A stretch of DNA of 64,000 nt from Styela clava (GCF_964204865.1 NC_135262.1:4278001-4342000), one strand, 5' to 3'. Shown: positions 23,821 to 38,078, counted from the stretch's first letter. Numbers and translations: made by a program. Notes: generated by a model from the letters alone, not told the origin.

Positions 23821-26666
23821 TAGATATATGGCTCCAGTCGGAATTTGAATAGACTTATCCACAGAAGGCAGTTGAGCTGCCAAATAAACACGGATTTAAT
23901 TTTGGGGCAACCGCACAATATGAGTCCTACCAACATGGATGGCCATAATAGAATACGTTACTATTCCGAATACATTCTGGAAAAATATTTTCGAATCTGA
24001 AATTCCGAATACCTTCCAGAACCCGTAAAGCATGAATTTTATTCACATTTCATAAATCCAAAGACATAGGAATTGGGCTTAAACAATTTAAGCACGTGCT
24101 TAGGGCACCAATCAAAGAGGGCACCACAGAAATTTTAGAGCAGAATTTTATATAGTTTATCGGTGTTTATTATAATATTACGAGTTCACCAAACGACTTA
24201 AACTTCGAAATGTTCCTTATTTTTTGTCTTCAAGTATCATATTAACCTTCTTTATTAAAAATAAACACTGGAACATATTTACTGGACACGAAATAGGCCT
24301 ATGAGTCGTTTTCTTAAATTGTTGTTGTTTCTTCTCTCTAGTATTCTCCTTGTTGCTGAATTTTGCTTTGAAAAAATTTCTTTTTTCTTCAACAACAACT
24401 TCTGTGTCGGTTCCACGATCGGATTTCAACGATCTAGTAATAGTCTGATTAGAACGGTAAACTCTCGTAGTTTATTAAATTTAAAGTAAGTGAACACGCG
24501 ATATTTCGGTCACCTTTGGGTTTTACCTGACTTGCGGCCCGCGAGACCTCCTCAAAAGTTTATGCAGAGTTTCAGTTTTTTATGTCTTTCAACCTAGCAA
24601 CCTTGAACCACCCTGAGGTAGACTACTATAGGTACGGGTAAAATTTCAAACTACAGGTGTGACTTCTATCCTTTGGTATTTCGATTCACGTTGAGACTGG
24701 AGGCATGGATCTTTATTCATGCCTCCCTCAGGATTAGAGATCAACCGATATATCGGCGCGATATTGCGTGTTGTGGCCGATATATATATAGCCTAACAGT
24801 TAAAAAACCTAAAAATGTTCGTAAAGTTGTTTTATTTACTGTTGGTTGTGATTATTTTTAATGGATAATAAACTTATGTGGTTTATTGTTTTTATAAATA
24901 AATTACACATGAGGGGGCACCAAAGTCTTCAGTACTTAGGGCACCAAAGGGGCTTAAACCGCCCCTGAATAAGCACACGAAAAATGAATAAAACTGATTC
25001 CATGCAATATCTTTATCTTCTATATACTGTATATGATTTTTTGATTGTTTGAAACTTTTTTTCAATATCCTAAAATTGGCAATGCACGCAGATTGAATTT
25101 TGAGCTCCGTATGGGCCGATATGTTAGTCGTTGTATGGGCTGAAAATGTTAACGGTATTAGTTACATATATGATTTAATATAATTACCAAACCTATTAGG
25201 TTTGCGCTATTCTTAAACCTGCCACACTTTGAAGGTCATTTTGTTTCGCCAATATTACCCTTGCCTTTATATATATATTTTATAGCATATAAAATTCCGA
25301 CAATAAAACTATTTCACGACGGATCCTTCGAGCCTCCAGGATGTTTCATTGGCGTTCCGTTTCACCGAAAGGTTTGAAAACCACTGGCATTGACATCCAA
25401 GACATTGACTGAATTGTATTGTTTGCTCTTGCCAGTTGAACAAGTTCTAGTACAGGGATGGCGAACCTTTTTCAATGAATGGGTCAAAAATTATAATTTT
25501 ATCGCGGAACAGAAGAGAGTGGGTCACAGATATTTAATTCACGTTCGTATCTATAAAAAAACTTCTGAAACAAATCTTATAAGCTGGTGTTGGTGTAGTT
25601 TTGGGCTTTACTTATGCAGCACTTCTATCAGGGACTTTTCATGGCACTTGGGTTTATGATATTAGAGTACGAAAACACGCACATGAATTACCAAAAACGT
25701 TTAGGATGATGCGTTAAATTATTTTACGGTTCTAGTGTTTGGAGGTAATTCCGCTTTGATAGTGTTATAATTTTCGATCAGCTTCCAACCACATTAAGCC
25801 ACTTTTACACTTCCCCATTGTTGTATCAGATTTCTAGATTTTTATTTCAAGTCTGAAAGTTTTTGTTTCCACAACGGCATTGTAGACTAGAAACTAATAA
25901 AATGCAAGGTAGCATCTAGTTCTCGTATAACCCCTAAAACAGTCTGCAGATGCACTTCCAAATAAGACAGGCGTTGCGAGAAATGAACAGATCAATTGCA
26001 TTGTTATGCCATAAACGATGTCAGGCCCAATAGCTGAATAACGGTACACAGCGGTGCATACTTGCGTACAAGATTAGGGGTTTTGAAAATTACCATACCG
26101 GCCCGAAATCAACATTTTGAACATGAGCGATCGCAGCCCTTCCTGACTGTCCAACTGACGGTACATTATAATAGTTTAGTTATTGTTAGATTAATTTTAG
26201 GCCGGTTTTATCAATTTTTATCACTGATATGTTAGCATTTTTTTATTTTATTCGTGCCTTTGCTTTTCAGTGGTTAAAGATTAATTTTTTCGCTAGAAGG
26301 CTATTACTTTTATTTATTTCAAAATTTTGCGTGAATTCTATGAAATTTGATATTTCGTCTAAAATTGTGCTGTATTATTTTTTATCCATGGGAACACGGA
26401 TTTTAGTCAGTGTCATGACTGGCTGTACGTTTTGATTCTGCAAAATATCGGCCCAACCGGCCGATATATATTAGTGTTAGTCGCTTTTCCACGTTCTAAA
26501 AAATGAGTATTTTTGCCCGGGAAATATCTGCGGCCGAGCGTTTTCTTTTTTTCGCTTCTCTCATTTTGCCTTTCAGTGAACAGAGTTCTCTTCTATATTT
26601 CTCTCTCTCTCTTTTATCTCGTCGTGCGGCGCAAAATCCTCGCCTTCGAATATCTTGCGTCCCAAC

Positions 26667-29600
26667 TAGGCTTGCACCAATGACATTAAACAACATGATG
26701 CGCAACTCCGGCATTTTTGTCCGAAGATCGTATTCGATAGCACGCTCCAATGCACATACTTGACGAGACGAAAACGAGCGGATGTGTGCTGCTTTCAAGG
26801 CGTAGCACGAATGGTGTTCGTGCCTGCTTTGACAGTTGTTGTCGATTTTAATGATATTTTTGAAAGTTGGGGTAAAAAGAAATCGGTAAAAGGTAAGGTG
26901 AATACTATTGTTGTATATCACACCCGGGCATCGCACTGTTAAGTACATGTGGGAAAGCCAGCCTTTGTCAAATACTACGAAGTTATTAATTCAGTACGGT
27001 ACGTAGTTGCCCATTTGCCGAAATTACATATTTACTTACCCCTTATGGTTTCAAATAGTTCATGCACCTCCAGTTAGATTTTTTGAATCAGTGAGGATAT
27101 ATACTCATTGTTGATTGCTGCTCATTGTAACATACTATTACGCATTCACTTTTATTTGCGTATTGAATCAAAGTGTTAACAAGTTCACCTAACATTTCAC
27201 TCATACCGGTCTATATTGTATAGTCTGATTTCTCAAGTATTTGGAGCCACGAATGCTTGTAATTTTCTGACTAAACCCTTTTATTAGTTGGTTTATATAC
27301 CAAATTCAGTAAAATATTTTTTAAATAAAACATGAGATATTGGATTTATTAGCTTTTCCATTCTGAATCATATAGACTGCTTTATTTATTCTTAACGAAA
27401 ATTAATAAATCTCCTCTCTTTCCTCAGATGTGAAAGTTGTGGACAAACCTGTCTAAGCATTGTGAGACTCTTGCAGCACAAGAGGCAATAGCAGAAATAG
27501 TAAGTATATCAATCAAAAAATTAAGCCGACATAAAGCAAAACTTTCAACTATTCGTCTAATCTCAATTTCCTATTATTTATTCACAGGACAACTATAGCA
27601 GACGGGGAGATATCAGAAGTCTGGCGACATATCAGTGACAGTGTGATTCCAAGAAATATAATGCAATTGAAAATAGAAATTTGCGATAGAAAAACAACCT
27701 ATGGAGGCATGCAAAGACATTTGACCCTCCGGTAGAGTTGTGTATGGCCCCCACATCCTGCAAGGCTTGAGGAAAATAACTAAAAATTCCAAAGCGTAAG
27801 ATTGCATAAGCGGTCTTATTTGTAAAAAGGCACAAAACACGCCAGACATACTTAAAACAGCTTTGGAAATGAGGATTACGGGTACCTCACTGCACCTGTG
27901 TTATATTTGGTTCATCAACTTTTGGTAGTACTATAGAAGAAATTCCGGAAGGGGTATAATCATCATTCATGATAAAATACTATCATATATTTTTTGAACA
28001 ACTTCAATCTAGACCAGGGATCTCAAACTCGCGGCCCCAGAGAACTTCCATTCCAGTGCGGCCCTCGAACGCTTAACAATAATTGTAATAGTATTTTGAA
28101 AGTTTTTTTTTTTTTAAATGTAATAGATTTTTTAAACCTTCTAAAGTGAAATTGATTATTCACACAGAAAACAATTTACTGAAAGTAGTTTTGGAATATT
28201 AATTTTTTTGTCCACATTTTGACCCAATTAAGAATACACATCAAGCTAGCAAAAGAATACTTGAATAAAACACTTGAGTAATTAAATTAAACGCAAAGTA
28301 CATGAAGAAGGTGGCATTTTCGAAGAAAATGGGAGTTGTAACATTTCTGCTCTTCACAAAATTCTGAAGCACATTGTTTAATTTGTCATATTTCCACCAA
28401 TACAATCAAAAAACACAATAAGCTCAGCAGTCAATATGACAAATTCGAAGACCAACTTCGAACAGAAAATTTCCATGTGTTTGTATATTAATATAATTAT
28501 ACAACGACTTAGTTACTAAAAATCAATATCAATAATAATTCAAGCAATCCTATGCCACGCAATGTAGTGCGAAATGTCTTGTCGAAAAAATCTGTCATTT
28601 GTTTTTTTACTGATCTATACATGAAATGATAAAAGTAACTTTTTTGCATTACTGGAATTAGTTAAACATTCGTAAAGATCCAGATAAACCCATGATCATG
28701 TGGCCTCGTTAGTTAGAGTTGGTACTATAAAATCATTTCAGACTGGCCTTAGTATGCTGGTGACACAAAAAAGATGCCAAACGCCAGGACAAATGTAATT
28801 ATTAAAACATTGAGTTTATACTGTAGTATTTTTGTTAATTTTAGGTTCATATATTTAGATTAAGTTATTTTTAGTGTATGTATTATTCTTTCCTAATTCA
28901 AAGCTTGTTCAAAAATGATTTTGATGGTTGTACATAGAATTTTACGATTTTTTATAATAAATACTGTAACTTGCAAATGTTGCAATAATAGTGGAATGCA
29001 AATATTAATATGTAATTGCATTTGAAATTGAAGAAAATAATAAAACTTAATCCAACTGTTTAGTTGCATCGCAATATATGTCACAAACTAAAACTATCTT
29101 AAAAATATCTTTTAAGTATACATTATCAAAAACTGTTTGCGGCTCTCGAAAACCCATGAGTTTGACACCACTGATCTATTCTAGACGATTCAAGCATTGC
29201 TTTGGGAAATTATATCACTTCAATTAAATTGAAATAATCTCGCTACATTAAATACAAAATCGTTGCTATCATAAAGGTAAACCAATTCAGCCACTCGAAA
29301 TATATTGGCCTTCACAAAGCAATGGAGGCAAAATTGGGAGTTAATGAGCTATGAACATTTGTTCTTTTCTTTGTCTTGAACTTTTCATACTCCACAGCCC
29401 CTATTAATTTTTTTTAATTTTAATTACCATGTGATGGTCATACATATCTTTAACTTGTATTTTCTGTCATGATGTATTATCTAAATGTGCCAAACTATTA
29501 ATTAGTGTGCATATTTTGCTTCCAGATGACATAAATGTGTTGTCATGTTTATTACCTCAGCTTGGAGTATTGACAACAAAAAGGTGCCAGTAAATTAGGT

Positions 29601-31732
29601 AAAAAAATTTCCAACTCATTGTAATAATCAGAATTCACAATCAATAGGAATTATAAACAGCCAACAATCAGTGAGAATTATATGCGAAATCCCCCAGAAT
29701 AAATTTGTCTAAAATCGGAGGAAGGCAAAAAATATAGGTAGTTTCCATCCACACAAGCATTTCAAGAAGACTTGCTCGAGCCAAACTAAATGAGCATCGT
29801 CAGGTGATCGGTAAGGCTGCAAGTTGAATTCAGCCCTGCAACCTCCTGCATAGAAGATAATATTAATTAGTGGGCTATGAGCTAAATTCCTAAATTTAAA
29901 CAAACCTATCTACGATGCATTATGTACCAGCAATGTTACCCACGATTAACTGAATATGTAATATGTCTAATAAATTCACCTACAAAAGCAAGTTCGATAG
30001 GTGCAAACTTTGTGTTATGGAATTGTATTGCAGCACAGTTTTGTATGACACCCTCTTTAAATGAAATTTCAATGATTAAGCGCAAACATTAAAATTACTA
30101 ACTTTGAACTTTGTCATTATCTGCAAAATGTTCCACACAAATCTTTCCGCTATCGCGTTTGTAATCTTCTCTGATAAAAAAAAAACGTCTATGATGTCCA
30201 GAATTGCTCTTTACAGCTTGCCTGTTATTCCAGCTTTCCAAGTAAGCAAAACTTCTTAGATATAGAGATTATTTTGTTTCGTTACAGGCGCAAAAAGGCA
30301 GGTACTACACGTAAAAAAGACGCCGAGTAGCAAAAGCGAGCGGAAAACGGACGCGAAAGGCGACGAAAAAATATGTGCATTGGAGCGTATCATGAAATAC
30401 AATGTTTTGCCTGTAGTCTTATGGAGTGACGTCAGAGTTGCCTATCATGTTGTTTAATGTCATTGCTTGCACGTAATCGACAAAAATCAATTCTGTAATT
30501 ACGGCAAAATTGATTACGTAATGACCCCGTAATTGCGATATTTTTTCACACATTTAAACCTATCATAACAACCATTTGAATCCACTTCTTTTCCGAACGG
30601 GGCATCGAAATTGGTTTTCATATTACCGACAGTACTACACGCCGGCGACAGATGTTAAAGACAAACACAAAGGAGTGAATTCAAATTAAATTTATTCTGA
30701 TTTTTATCTTTTGTGTTGGCTGTGATTTTCCTTTATCATCTTCGCAAATTAACCGTCCCAATTTTATGCGATCAATTTTATCATTACCGAGACTGGTATT
30801 CGAATATTTATGAAACGATAGTTGGCTTTTTTAAAATCGACTTTCGTATTGAATAAAAATTTCGGGTTTCTAAGTTATTAATCAACGACAAGCGCATTCT
30901 CTCGTTTGATTATACCTGCGCTTGCCTCGCGACGAAGACTTGTTATTGCTACGTTTTTTACATTATCCGACTTTGCTACCTAGTTAGCATTTTATAATAA
31001 TTATTGATGCTGAATTATTGACGATATTCCGATTACCAAGCTTCATTTTATATCAAATTATTTCGCGGCCTAAATGTTATAACATTATTTGCGATAAATT
31101 TAGATCAAATATTAATTATTTAGCCGGCGATAAATTCTTACCCGTAACTCGTTGTAAATTAATGCTAATAAATTCTATTTTGTTTTTTAATGCGCCGTGA
31201 TTTGTATTAATAAAAGTGATTGAGTCGGGAAAAGAAAGTAGCCTTCTCTCCTTTTGAGGGCCCATAGCGGTGGTAAAATTCGTTTCATGTCTGTTTCACG
31301 GAGAGAAAGAAAAATACGCCTTCCGGAATTACAATCAACTATCACACATTCTTATTTATCATTATCAGCGCCGAATAAAAAATATACCAAATCGTGAAGA
31401 CAAAAAAGCCTGTCGGTGTTAATTGCGTTACGGTGATAACGCTCATAATAATATCGTTTTGACCGTGAAACCGAACGCTTTTGACCGTGAAACCGAACGG
31501 GGTGGCAACGCGTCATGCCTTCCCCCACCTGCGTAACAAGAGAGAGAAAAACGGAGCGAATACCGTAACTGTAACTTCTTCTACTTGTTAAACTTTCATT
31601 TTTACAACCGACGGAATTGACTGCTTTGAAGGAGTACGTTTCAAACGCGAAAGCGCTCGACCAATAATTACGAATTTACGTAATTTGTAACTCGAAATAA
31701 TTACGTAATTCCGTAAATTACGTGCAAGCCTA
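26667..31732. mobile_element. compound TIR element(s) with TAGGCTTGCAC termini (hAT-like); inner element 30465-31732
   Basis: TAGGCTTGCAC at 26667 and GTGCAAGCCTA at 31722-31732. About 100-bp inverted similarity of 26667-26760 vs 30370-30470. GCTTGCACGTAAT/ATTACGTGCAAGC TIRs with CGTAAT subterminal repeats bound 30465-31732. TSD only 5/8. Confidence 0.5.
28015..29173. mobile_element. hAT (Charlie-like) non-autonomous element
   Basis: ATCTAGAC|CAGGGATCTCAAACTC ... GAGTTTGACACCACTG|ATCTATTC. Confidence 0.65.
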
Positions 31733-32474
31733 CTCTCCACCTACTACTGTATGGATTAAAATGGACTTTCAGAACCTTTTTAATGACTGCCTTTTTTCTT
31801 TTGTGCTTGGTTTTTTCAAACATTGCCTTCTGTGTGTGTTCTTATTGTTTGCTGTGAAACTTTTATCAATGATGCAAGCACTGTGTAGGACTGCTTTATT
31901 TTTCAACATAAACTTTTGATTGACTGAAACTTAATTTTCCTTACTAGTTGTATTTACTGCGGGTTCAGGTTGTAGATATCGGTATGTCGATATCGGTTAT
32001 CGGTCACTAGTTGGCCGATTTATCGGTATCGGTGCCAAAAAGTGATATCGGTCGAGCTCTAGGAGTACAGTTTTTGTGCAACTTGTGTAACGGTACTCAG
32101 GAAGTATAAATTCATTGAATAAACTGATGAAAGTGTAGTTACCGGTTTGATGTTTGACAATTATATTTGCACATTCTATCTAAACACGAGTATAATTAAA
32201 ATAAAACAACTTCAAGTACCTTATAAATGCAGGAGTTGTGAAAAAGTACCGTAGTGCAGTAGTGTACCGTACAGTCATACAAGTAGGATATCGTACGGTA
32301 TATTTCAGATCTTTATTCAATTAATGTTTAATTTTTACTAATTATGCAGAAATTATATTAAAGTAGCCTAGAATAAGTTGAAATCCTTATCAAATATTTA
32401 ATATTTCTAATGTGTCAGTGTTATTGGGTATAATTATTTGTAGGTACGGTGATGAATAGGTGACAGACAGAAAA

Positions 32475-33593
32475 ATGGAAACAAAAGATTTGTTAATCCT
32501 TGAACCGTTTTATGGTGGATCACACAAACAACTGATAAAAACGATAACAAATTCGTTGGATAACCACAATGTAAAATATGATTTATTCACACTACGAGCC
32601 AAGAAATGGCCTTGGAAAGCAAGATGTGGAGCTATTATGCTGTCGGAGGCCATTCCAAGAGATGTCTCATACAGAACATTATTCTGTAGTTCGGATTTGA
32701 GTCTCTCAGAATTTGTCGGAATAAGACCGGATTTTTATCACTGCCACAAGGTGGTGTATTTTCATGAAAACCAACTTGTATATCCAGTGCAGAAATCTGA
32801 AACTCTCGATTTTCAGTTTGGATATAACCAAATTTTGACAGCTCTTGCCGCAAATGAAATATATTTTAATTCTTTATACAACTTTCAATCGTTTGTTATG
32901 AATATAAATGAATTTCTACGGAGAATACCCGAATATAAACCCAAAGATATCAAAGAAAAAATAGAATCAAAAAGTAAAGTTTTACATTTTCCTCTGACAT
33001 TTAATAAAGAAATTTCAACTTTAAAAGTAAAAGAAGATTCAAATGAAAAAATACTTCACATTGTTTGGGCCCATAGATGGGAGTATGATAAAGATCCATT
33101 GACATTTTTTAAGACTTTGTTCGAGTTGCAAGAGAATGATTTCAAATTTTGCGTCTCAATTCTGGGACAGGGGTTCACCGATGTTCCGAAGGTTTTCACA
33201 GAGGGCAAGGAGAAGTTGAAAGAGGGTACAATTCAAAACTGGGGGTATGTTGAGGACAGGAACAAATATTTATCCATTTTACAATCGTGTGATGTCGCTA
33301 TATCAACAGCAATCCATGAATTCTTTGGAGTATCTATGATGGAATGTTGCTATAGTGGTTGTTATCCATTATGTCCAAATAAACTATCTTACCCAGAAAT
33401 ATATCCTTCTGAATGCCTTTACAACACGCCAAGGCAATTGTATAAAAAATTGAGAGAATTTTGTTTGAAACCCTGGCTTGCCTCAGAGTTGCATAAAAAG
33501 TTAAACATTGATTATTCAAAATATTCATGGGATAAAATGGAATCTGATTATTTAAACATTTTGAAAGTAGGATCAAAACGTCAATGTACATGA
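32475..33593 (+). CDS. GTDC1: glycosyltransferase-like domain-containing protein 1 / tRNA-queuosine alpha-mannosyltransferase, intronless CDS
   Basis: ILEPFYGGSHKQL, AKKW.W.AR, YFHENQLVYPV, W.HRWE.DK.P and STAIHEFFGVSM motifs (DUF3524 + GT-B). First in-frame ATG at 32475; the ORF track starts at an upstream GTG. Confidence 0.9.
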   Translation: METKDLLILEPFYGGSHKQLIKTITNSLDNHNVKYDLFTLRAKKWPWKARCGAIMLSEAIPRDVSYRTLFCSSDLSLSEFVGIRPDFYHCHKVVYFHENQLVYPVQKSETLDFQFGYNQILTALAANEIYFNSLYNFQSFVMNINEFLRRIPEYKPKDIKEKIESKSKVLHFPLTFNKEISTLKVKEDSNEKILHIVWAHRWEYDKDPLTFFKTLFELQENDFKFCVSILGQGFTDVPKVFTEGKEKLKEGTIQNWGYVEDRNKYLSILQSCDVAISTAIHEFFGVSMMECCYSGCYPLCPNKLSYPEIYPSECLYNTPRQLYKKLREFCLKPWLASELHKKLNIDYSKYSWDKMESDYLNILKVGSKRQCT

Positions 33594-34083
33594 GAAAATG
33601 AAATTGATAATCCTGTGACAAGGGATTTCTAAGTAATTGTTGAAGCGAAATTTTAAAGCAGCATTCTGTGAAGTGCTTTTTTTAGGATTTGCTATTCTGA
33701 TTGCCATAATTCAGTAATTGTTTTTTCTGTAGAGGTATTTTTGAAGTGGGATTATGATTTATTTTTATATTATCATTATTTCACTTCAAAATAAGTCGCA
33801 CGTAAAAAGAAATATAAGCATGGTGTAATCTAATTTATACTATCAAATCGTTCGTTAAATATTTGGAACATGAATTATGAGGCATTGTATGGTCCCACAA
33901 AATATTAATTATGTTTGTATTGATAGTATTTCTCAATCTGCTGATACAGATGAAATGATCATGTTTCACGTATTTTTACAGATGTTGTGACTTCTATGTT
34001 AAAAAGAGTAGGTGTTGCTCTATTTATGTTAGTGCTCTTCAAAATGGAATAATCAGTGGGGTGGATGTCATTAAAAAACAGGC

Positions 34084-35667
34084 ATGGGTGACACAATTTA
34101 TCTTTTTCGGATGGCCCTGTGGACAGCATTTGTAGGAATCACCATTCATTTGCTGGTGAAGTTATCAATATGGTTCTGGGGGCAATATGAAATCAGGAAA
34201 TGTACTTACGCATACTGGCCTTCATTGCCTTATCATTGGTTTTGGGGTCATTATCAACTTGCTGCAGTTATTCAGAAGTCACCCGAAAAAATGATTGAAT
34301 TTATCAAATCTGCCACTGATAAATTTAGTCATGGTACTGCTCTGTATGTTGGTCCACTTATAACGTACGTGCGTGTGTACCATGAGAATATACTCAAAAC
34401 AATTCTTGGCGGATCTGAGAAAAATTTCCCAAAGACTCCGACTCAATATCACGCTTTTGGTCCCTGGCTCGGAAAAGGCTTGTTAGTGCTTGATGGAAAA
34501 GAATGGCAACGACGCAGACGACTACTATCGAACTCATTCCATTTTGACATTCTGAAATCATATGCAATTAAAATGAATGAATGTTCGCAAGTTTTAGTTG
34601 ATAAATGGTCGAAAAGATTGAAAAGTCATGATGAAATGAGTGTTGAGATATTTCGTGAATTCAGCTTAATGACCATTGACGTTATCTTAAAGTGTTTAAT
34701 GGGTTTTGATTCTGAATGTCAAAAAGAAGACAGTGAGCATCAAGCTTATGTGAAAAGTATTTACAAAGTCACACGATGTGCAGCACAGCGATTTCGAGGG
34801 TCTATTTTACTGAGGTTTGATTGGATATATTATAAAACTCATGACGGGAAGGAATATTTAAAATCAAGTAAGGATGCTCGAGATTATGCCGAAAAAGTTA
34901 TCAATTTGAGAAGAAAGGAATATGCGGACGGGGCAACTATTGGCTCTAAATTAGGACTGAATAGAAAGAATAATCGGCATCATGATTTCCTTGATATACT
35001 TCTACAAGCGAAAGATTCCGATGGAAATCATTTAACGGAAAAAGAGATTTCAGATGAAGTCAATACTTTTATGTTTGAGGGTCACGATACCACAACAAGT
35101 GCAATATCATGGACTTGCTATTGCTTGGCTACGAATCCAAAACACCAAGATCTTTGTTACGATGAAATCTCAGAAATTTTAGGCGGCAAGGAAGACTTGG
35201 AATTAAATGATCTAACAAATTTGCCATATCTTACCATGTGTATAAAAGAAGCCTTACGTCTGTATCCACCCGTGCCTTCTATCACCCGGTCTCCAACATC
35301 AGATCTTAATGTTAATGGTAAAATTATAAAAAAGGGAACAGATGTTATTTTATCAATGTTAGGTGTTCACCACAACTCAAGACTTTGGCCAAATCCAGAA
35401 CTTTATGATCCGAGTCGATTTACACCCGAAAACTCATTGAAGCGTGACCCATTTTCTTACATTCCGTTTTCAGCTGGAATCCGTAACTGCATTGGCCAAA
35501 ATTTTGCGATGAATGAAATCAAAATATGCGTGGTGCATGTGCTTAGGAACTTCCATCTTGCTCTTGATGAAACGAAGCTGATCACAGAATCACTGGAGGT
35601 AATTTACAGGAGCAGAACTGGAATTCATTTAATTGTGAAGAAAAGAAGCCATAATGAACTTGAATAG
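34084..35667 (+). CDS. cytochrome P450, CYP4 clan, intronless, 527 aa
   Basis: N-terminal TM anchor, WxxxR (WQRRRR), EVNTFMFEGHDTT (CYP4 I-helix signature), KEALRLYPPVP, DPSRF and FSAGIRNCIG heme motif. Confidence 0.95.
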   Translation: MGDTIYLFRMALWTAFVGITIHLLVKLSIWFWGQYEIRKCTYAYWPSLPYHWFWGHYQLAAVIQKSPEKMIEFIKSATDKFSHGTALYVGPLITYVRVYHENILKTILGGSEKNFPKTPTQYHAFGPWLGKGLLVLDGKEWQRRRRLLSNSFHFDILKSYAIKMNECSQVLVDKWSKRLKSHDEMSVEIFREFSLMTIDVILKCLMGFDSECQKEDSEHQAYVKSIYKVTRCAAQRFRGSILLRFDWIYYKTHDGKEYLKSSKDARDYAEKVINLRRKEYADGATIGSKLGLNRKNNRHHDFLDILLQAKDSDGNHLTEKEISDEVNTFMFEGHDTTTSAISWTCYCLATNPKHQDLCYDEISEILGGKEDLELNDLTNLPYLTMCIKEALRLYPPVPSITRSPTSDLNVNGKIIKKGTDVILSMLGVHHNSRLWPNPELYDPSRFTPENSLKRDPFSYIPFSAGIRNCIGQNFAMNEIKICVVHVLRNFHLALDETKLITESLEVIYRSRTGIHLIVKKRSHNELE

Positions 35668-35789
35668 ATATTTTGTCCAGGTTGGGTCATTACATTTCTT
35701 GGTTTGTACCTAGTTTGTTCTTTGTTTATTCACGCATCTGAGTAAAAGTAACACTATCGCCATTGCATTACTGATTACTCTGCTGATAG

Positions 35790-36335
35790 CTGTGGGTGAT
35801 GATTATGTGCCAGATTCACCCTGTTTCCAGTCCATGTGGGGTATGGGAATAGCTTTCCTGTTATTCGTCTTTCAGATGCATGGACTTGATTGTGGAAGAA
35901 GCGTAACCGGCCAGTGGTTAGGTGAACCGCCCTACTGCTGCGAGGAGTCCAGCAATCCTCTCGCATATAATTATCCTCCACAGGATACGAGCCTGCGAAT
36001 CAATGCAAGCTAATCAAGACGTATGATGGCGAGTGTATTCCTATCGCTTAGCATGATGTGCACATCATTGAGACGATTTTTCAGTTATGCATTACTCCAT
36101 CATCAATGACCATATATCAGGCTCGGCAGAAACCATTTGTCACCGCATCTTTGAATGGGTTCACATGTTTGAACCCCATGGAAAACAATAATTTTCGAGA
36201 AGATTGCTAGACTTTTCACCATAGGTAGACTCTTTGTCATAGGATAATTCCTGTAATCGCTGGTCAGTTACTGCTTCCTCTACCACCAAGTCCATGCAAC
36301 TGATTGAAATAATTGGTTAACAAATTCCATACCCA
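35790..36335. mobile_element. two degraded SINE copies in opposite orientation (minus 35790-36070, plus about 36150-36335)
   Basis: GCGAGGAGTCCAGCAATCCTCTCGCA...CGCTTAGCA.GATG as at 45290-45430, then plus-strand GTAATCGCTGGTCAGTTAC.GCTTCCTC.ACCACCAAGTCCATGC. Confidence 0.65.
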
Positions 36336-38078
36336 AAAGGCCTTGATTCACTGTATATTTGAGACATCTTTTCGCTTTTCAGTCATTACCATATCCGGTC
36401 TCAACTGGTAGAATTAAGAAACCAATGGCTGGAATTAACCTGTTTTATTATCATTTTTTTCTCTTCTGTATAATTATGAAACTCCATTTCATTTTGGTCT
36501 ATGCTTGATGGCAGCGGAGTCGAGCATCTCTGCCAACCACTTAGAAGAAGTGTTCAGGCATATTATTGCGTCATAATTGACAGTTCACTGCAAAATGTCT
36601 ACTAGTTACCTAGTATTCTACGCTAGAAGGCTGTTGCTTTCACTTACCTTCGTCTTAGTGTCCATATATTTGAGCATTATATTTGATTGATACACAGTTT
36701 CCATTTATGTTTTCCAATATTCTCCAGGGTAAATTTTTATACAAAGTTCTACTATAAGACGTCTACTTAGCAAAGTTTTGATTTCTTTTTCAAACATAAC
36801 TAAAGGGTAAAGTTTTTTATATGCGTATTCATTATTCATTGTTTTATTTCTTGAATATGATAATAATATAAATATTATTTTGCAGTATTAATCCAATAGT
36901 AAAGCTTTTATTTGTTTGTTTCTGATATTTTCTTGATGTTACTTAAATCTGTTATAACAATTTCTTCAATATTTTTAATAAATTTTATTTATGACACGAA
37001 TTTGTGTCTGCCACTCTAAACAATACCAACTGATATCTGATGACATGTAAGGTGCTCCTGTTTTTTTGAAAAAAAAAAAATCTTTTCGCTTCAGCATTGC
37101 CTACCTAATTTGTTAACCCTGAGTGGAGTGGTTTATTTGATTTTACTACCTTTATTGATTTAGTTCCCAAGCAGCCTCAATCAATTTTTATATCTTAATA
37201 CAGGGGTCGGGGACCTTTTTGATCAAGAGAGCCATGAAAAGTACATATTTCCAATTCGTGTAAACCAAATAACTTTTCTTCACTCAATCAGGCGTTAAAT
37301 TTTTACTCAAAAGTCAACACTTACAGTCAATATACATTTAATGTGGCTTCTGATGCTGCATGTTGTGCTGATGGCCTTGAACGCTTGCTCTGATGCAGCA
37401 CAAGTTGAAATCTACGATACTCATCACCCTTCTTTCGTTTAGGCATTTCTGTAGTATTTTAAAAACTAGCTTTCCTAGTCCGATCTAAATATTACAAATT
37501 ATATTTCCATGGGTATTTATCACTCTTCTTATTGCTATTATAATCGGTTGCTGCGCAATCGTTCTCTCATGCAATGTGCACTGTTGAGATGTTTTAAATA
37601 TTTAGCCAACTGTTAGGCATAATTATCATTTTGCACCAATAATGTGCTCTCAAATGCTTTTTAATTTAGAATGTATCTTTTCATAATTTCAATCTATAAA
37701 TTGTAGAAATCTTCTTCCATATTGTGTGATAATTTGAAAATTCTAAAATATTTCCGAGTAGTATACTATACCAAATACTTTATGAAAAATATTCTTAAAT
37801 TTGAAAATTTGAATGTTTAACTTAAATATTTGAATGAATTGCTTTCTAGATTCTTTCAGATTTAATTCTAGGAATATAATAAATCTTTATTTTGTTCAAT
37901 TTGCTGGAGTGACAATTTTGGAATAAAAATGTTAGTAATTAATAATTATTCATGATTATTATTTGAATCAGGAATTATGAGAAACAACCAGTTTTAAATA
38001 TATTCGATTCATTTTGTTCATCACTATTGTTAAATTCATTCAATATAACACTATGGGATATTGAATTCAACAAATTTG

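Noticed and set aside
26496-26948. 150-aa minus-strand ORF
   Set aside because: Low-complexity translation across a transposon terminus, with no recognisable domain.
24735-32061. Single 7.3-kb hAT bounded by TAGAGATCAACCGATA and TATCGGTCGAGCTCTA
   Set aside because: The termini resemble the 49288 family, but the flanks (CTCAGGAT / GGAGTACA) give no TSD, and the left end sits inside another MITE (about 24062-24967). More likely separate fragments.
32460-32474. ORF-track start of GTDC1
   Set aside because: GTG codon; the eukaryotic start is more likely ATG 32475.
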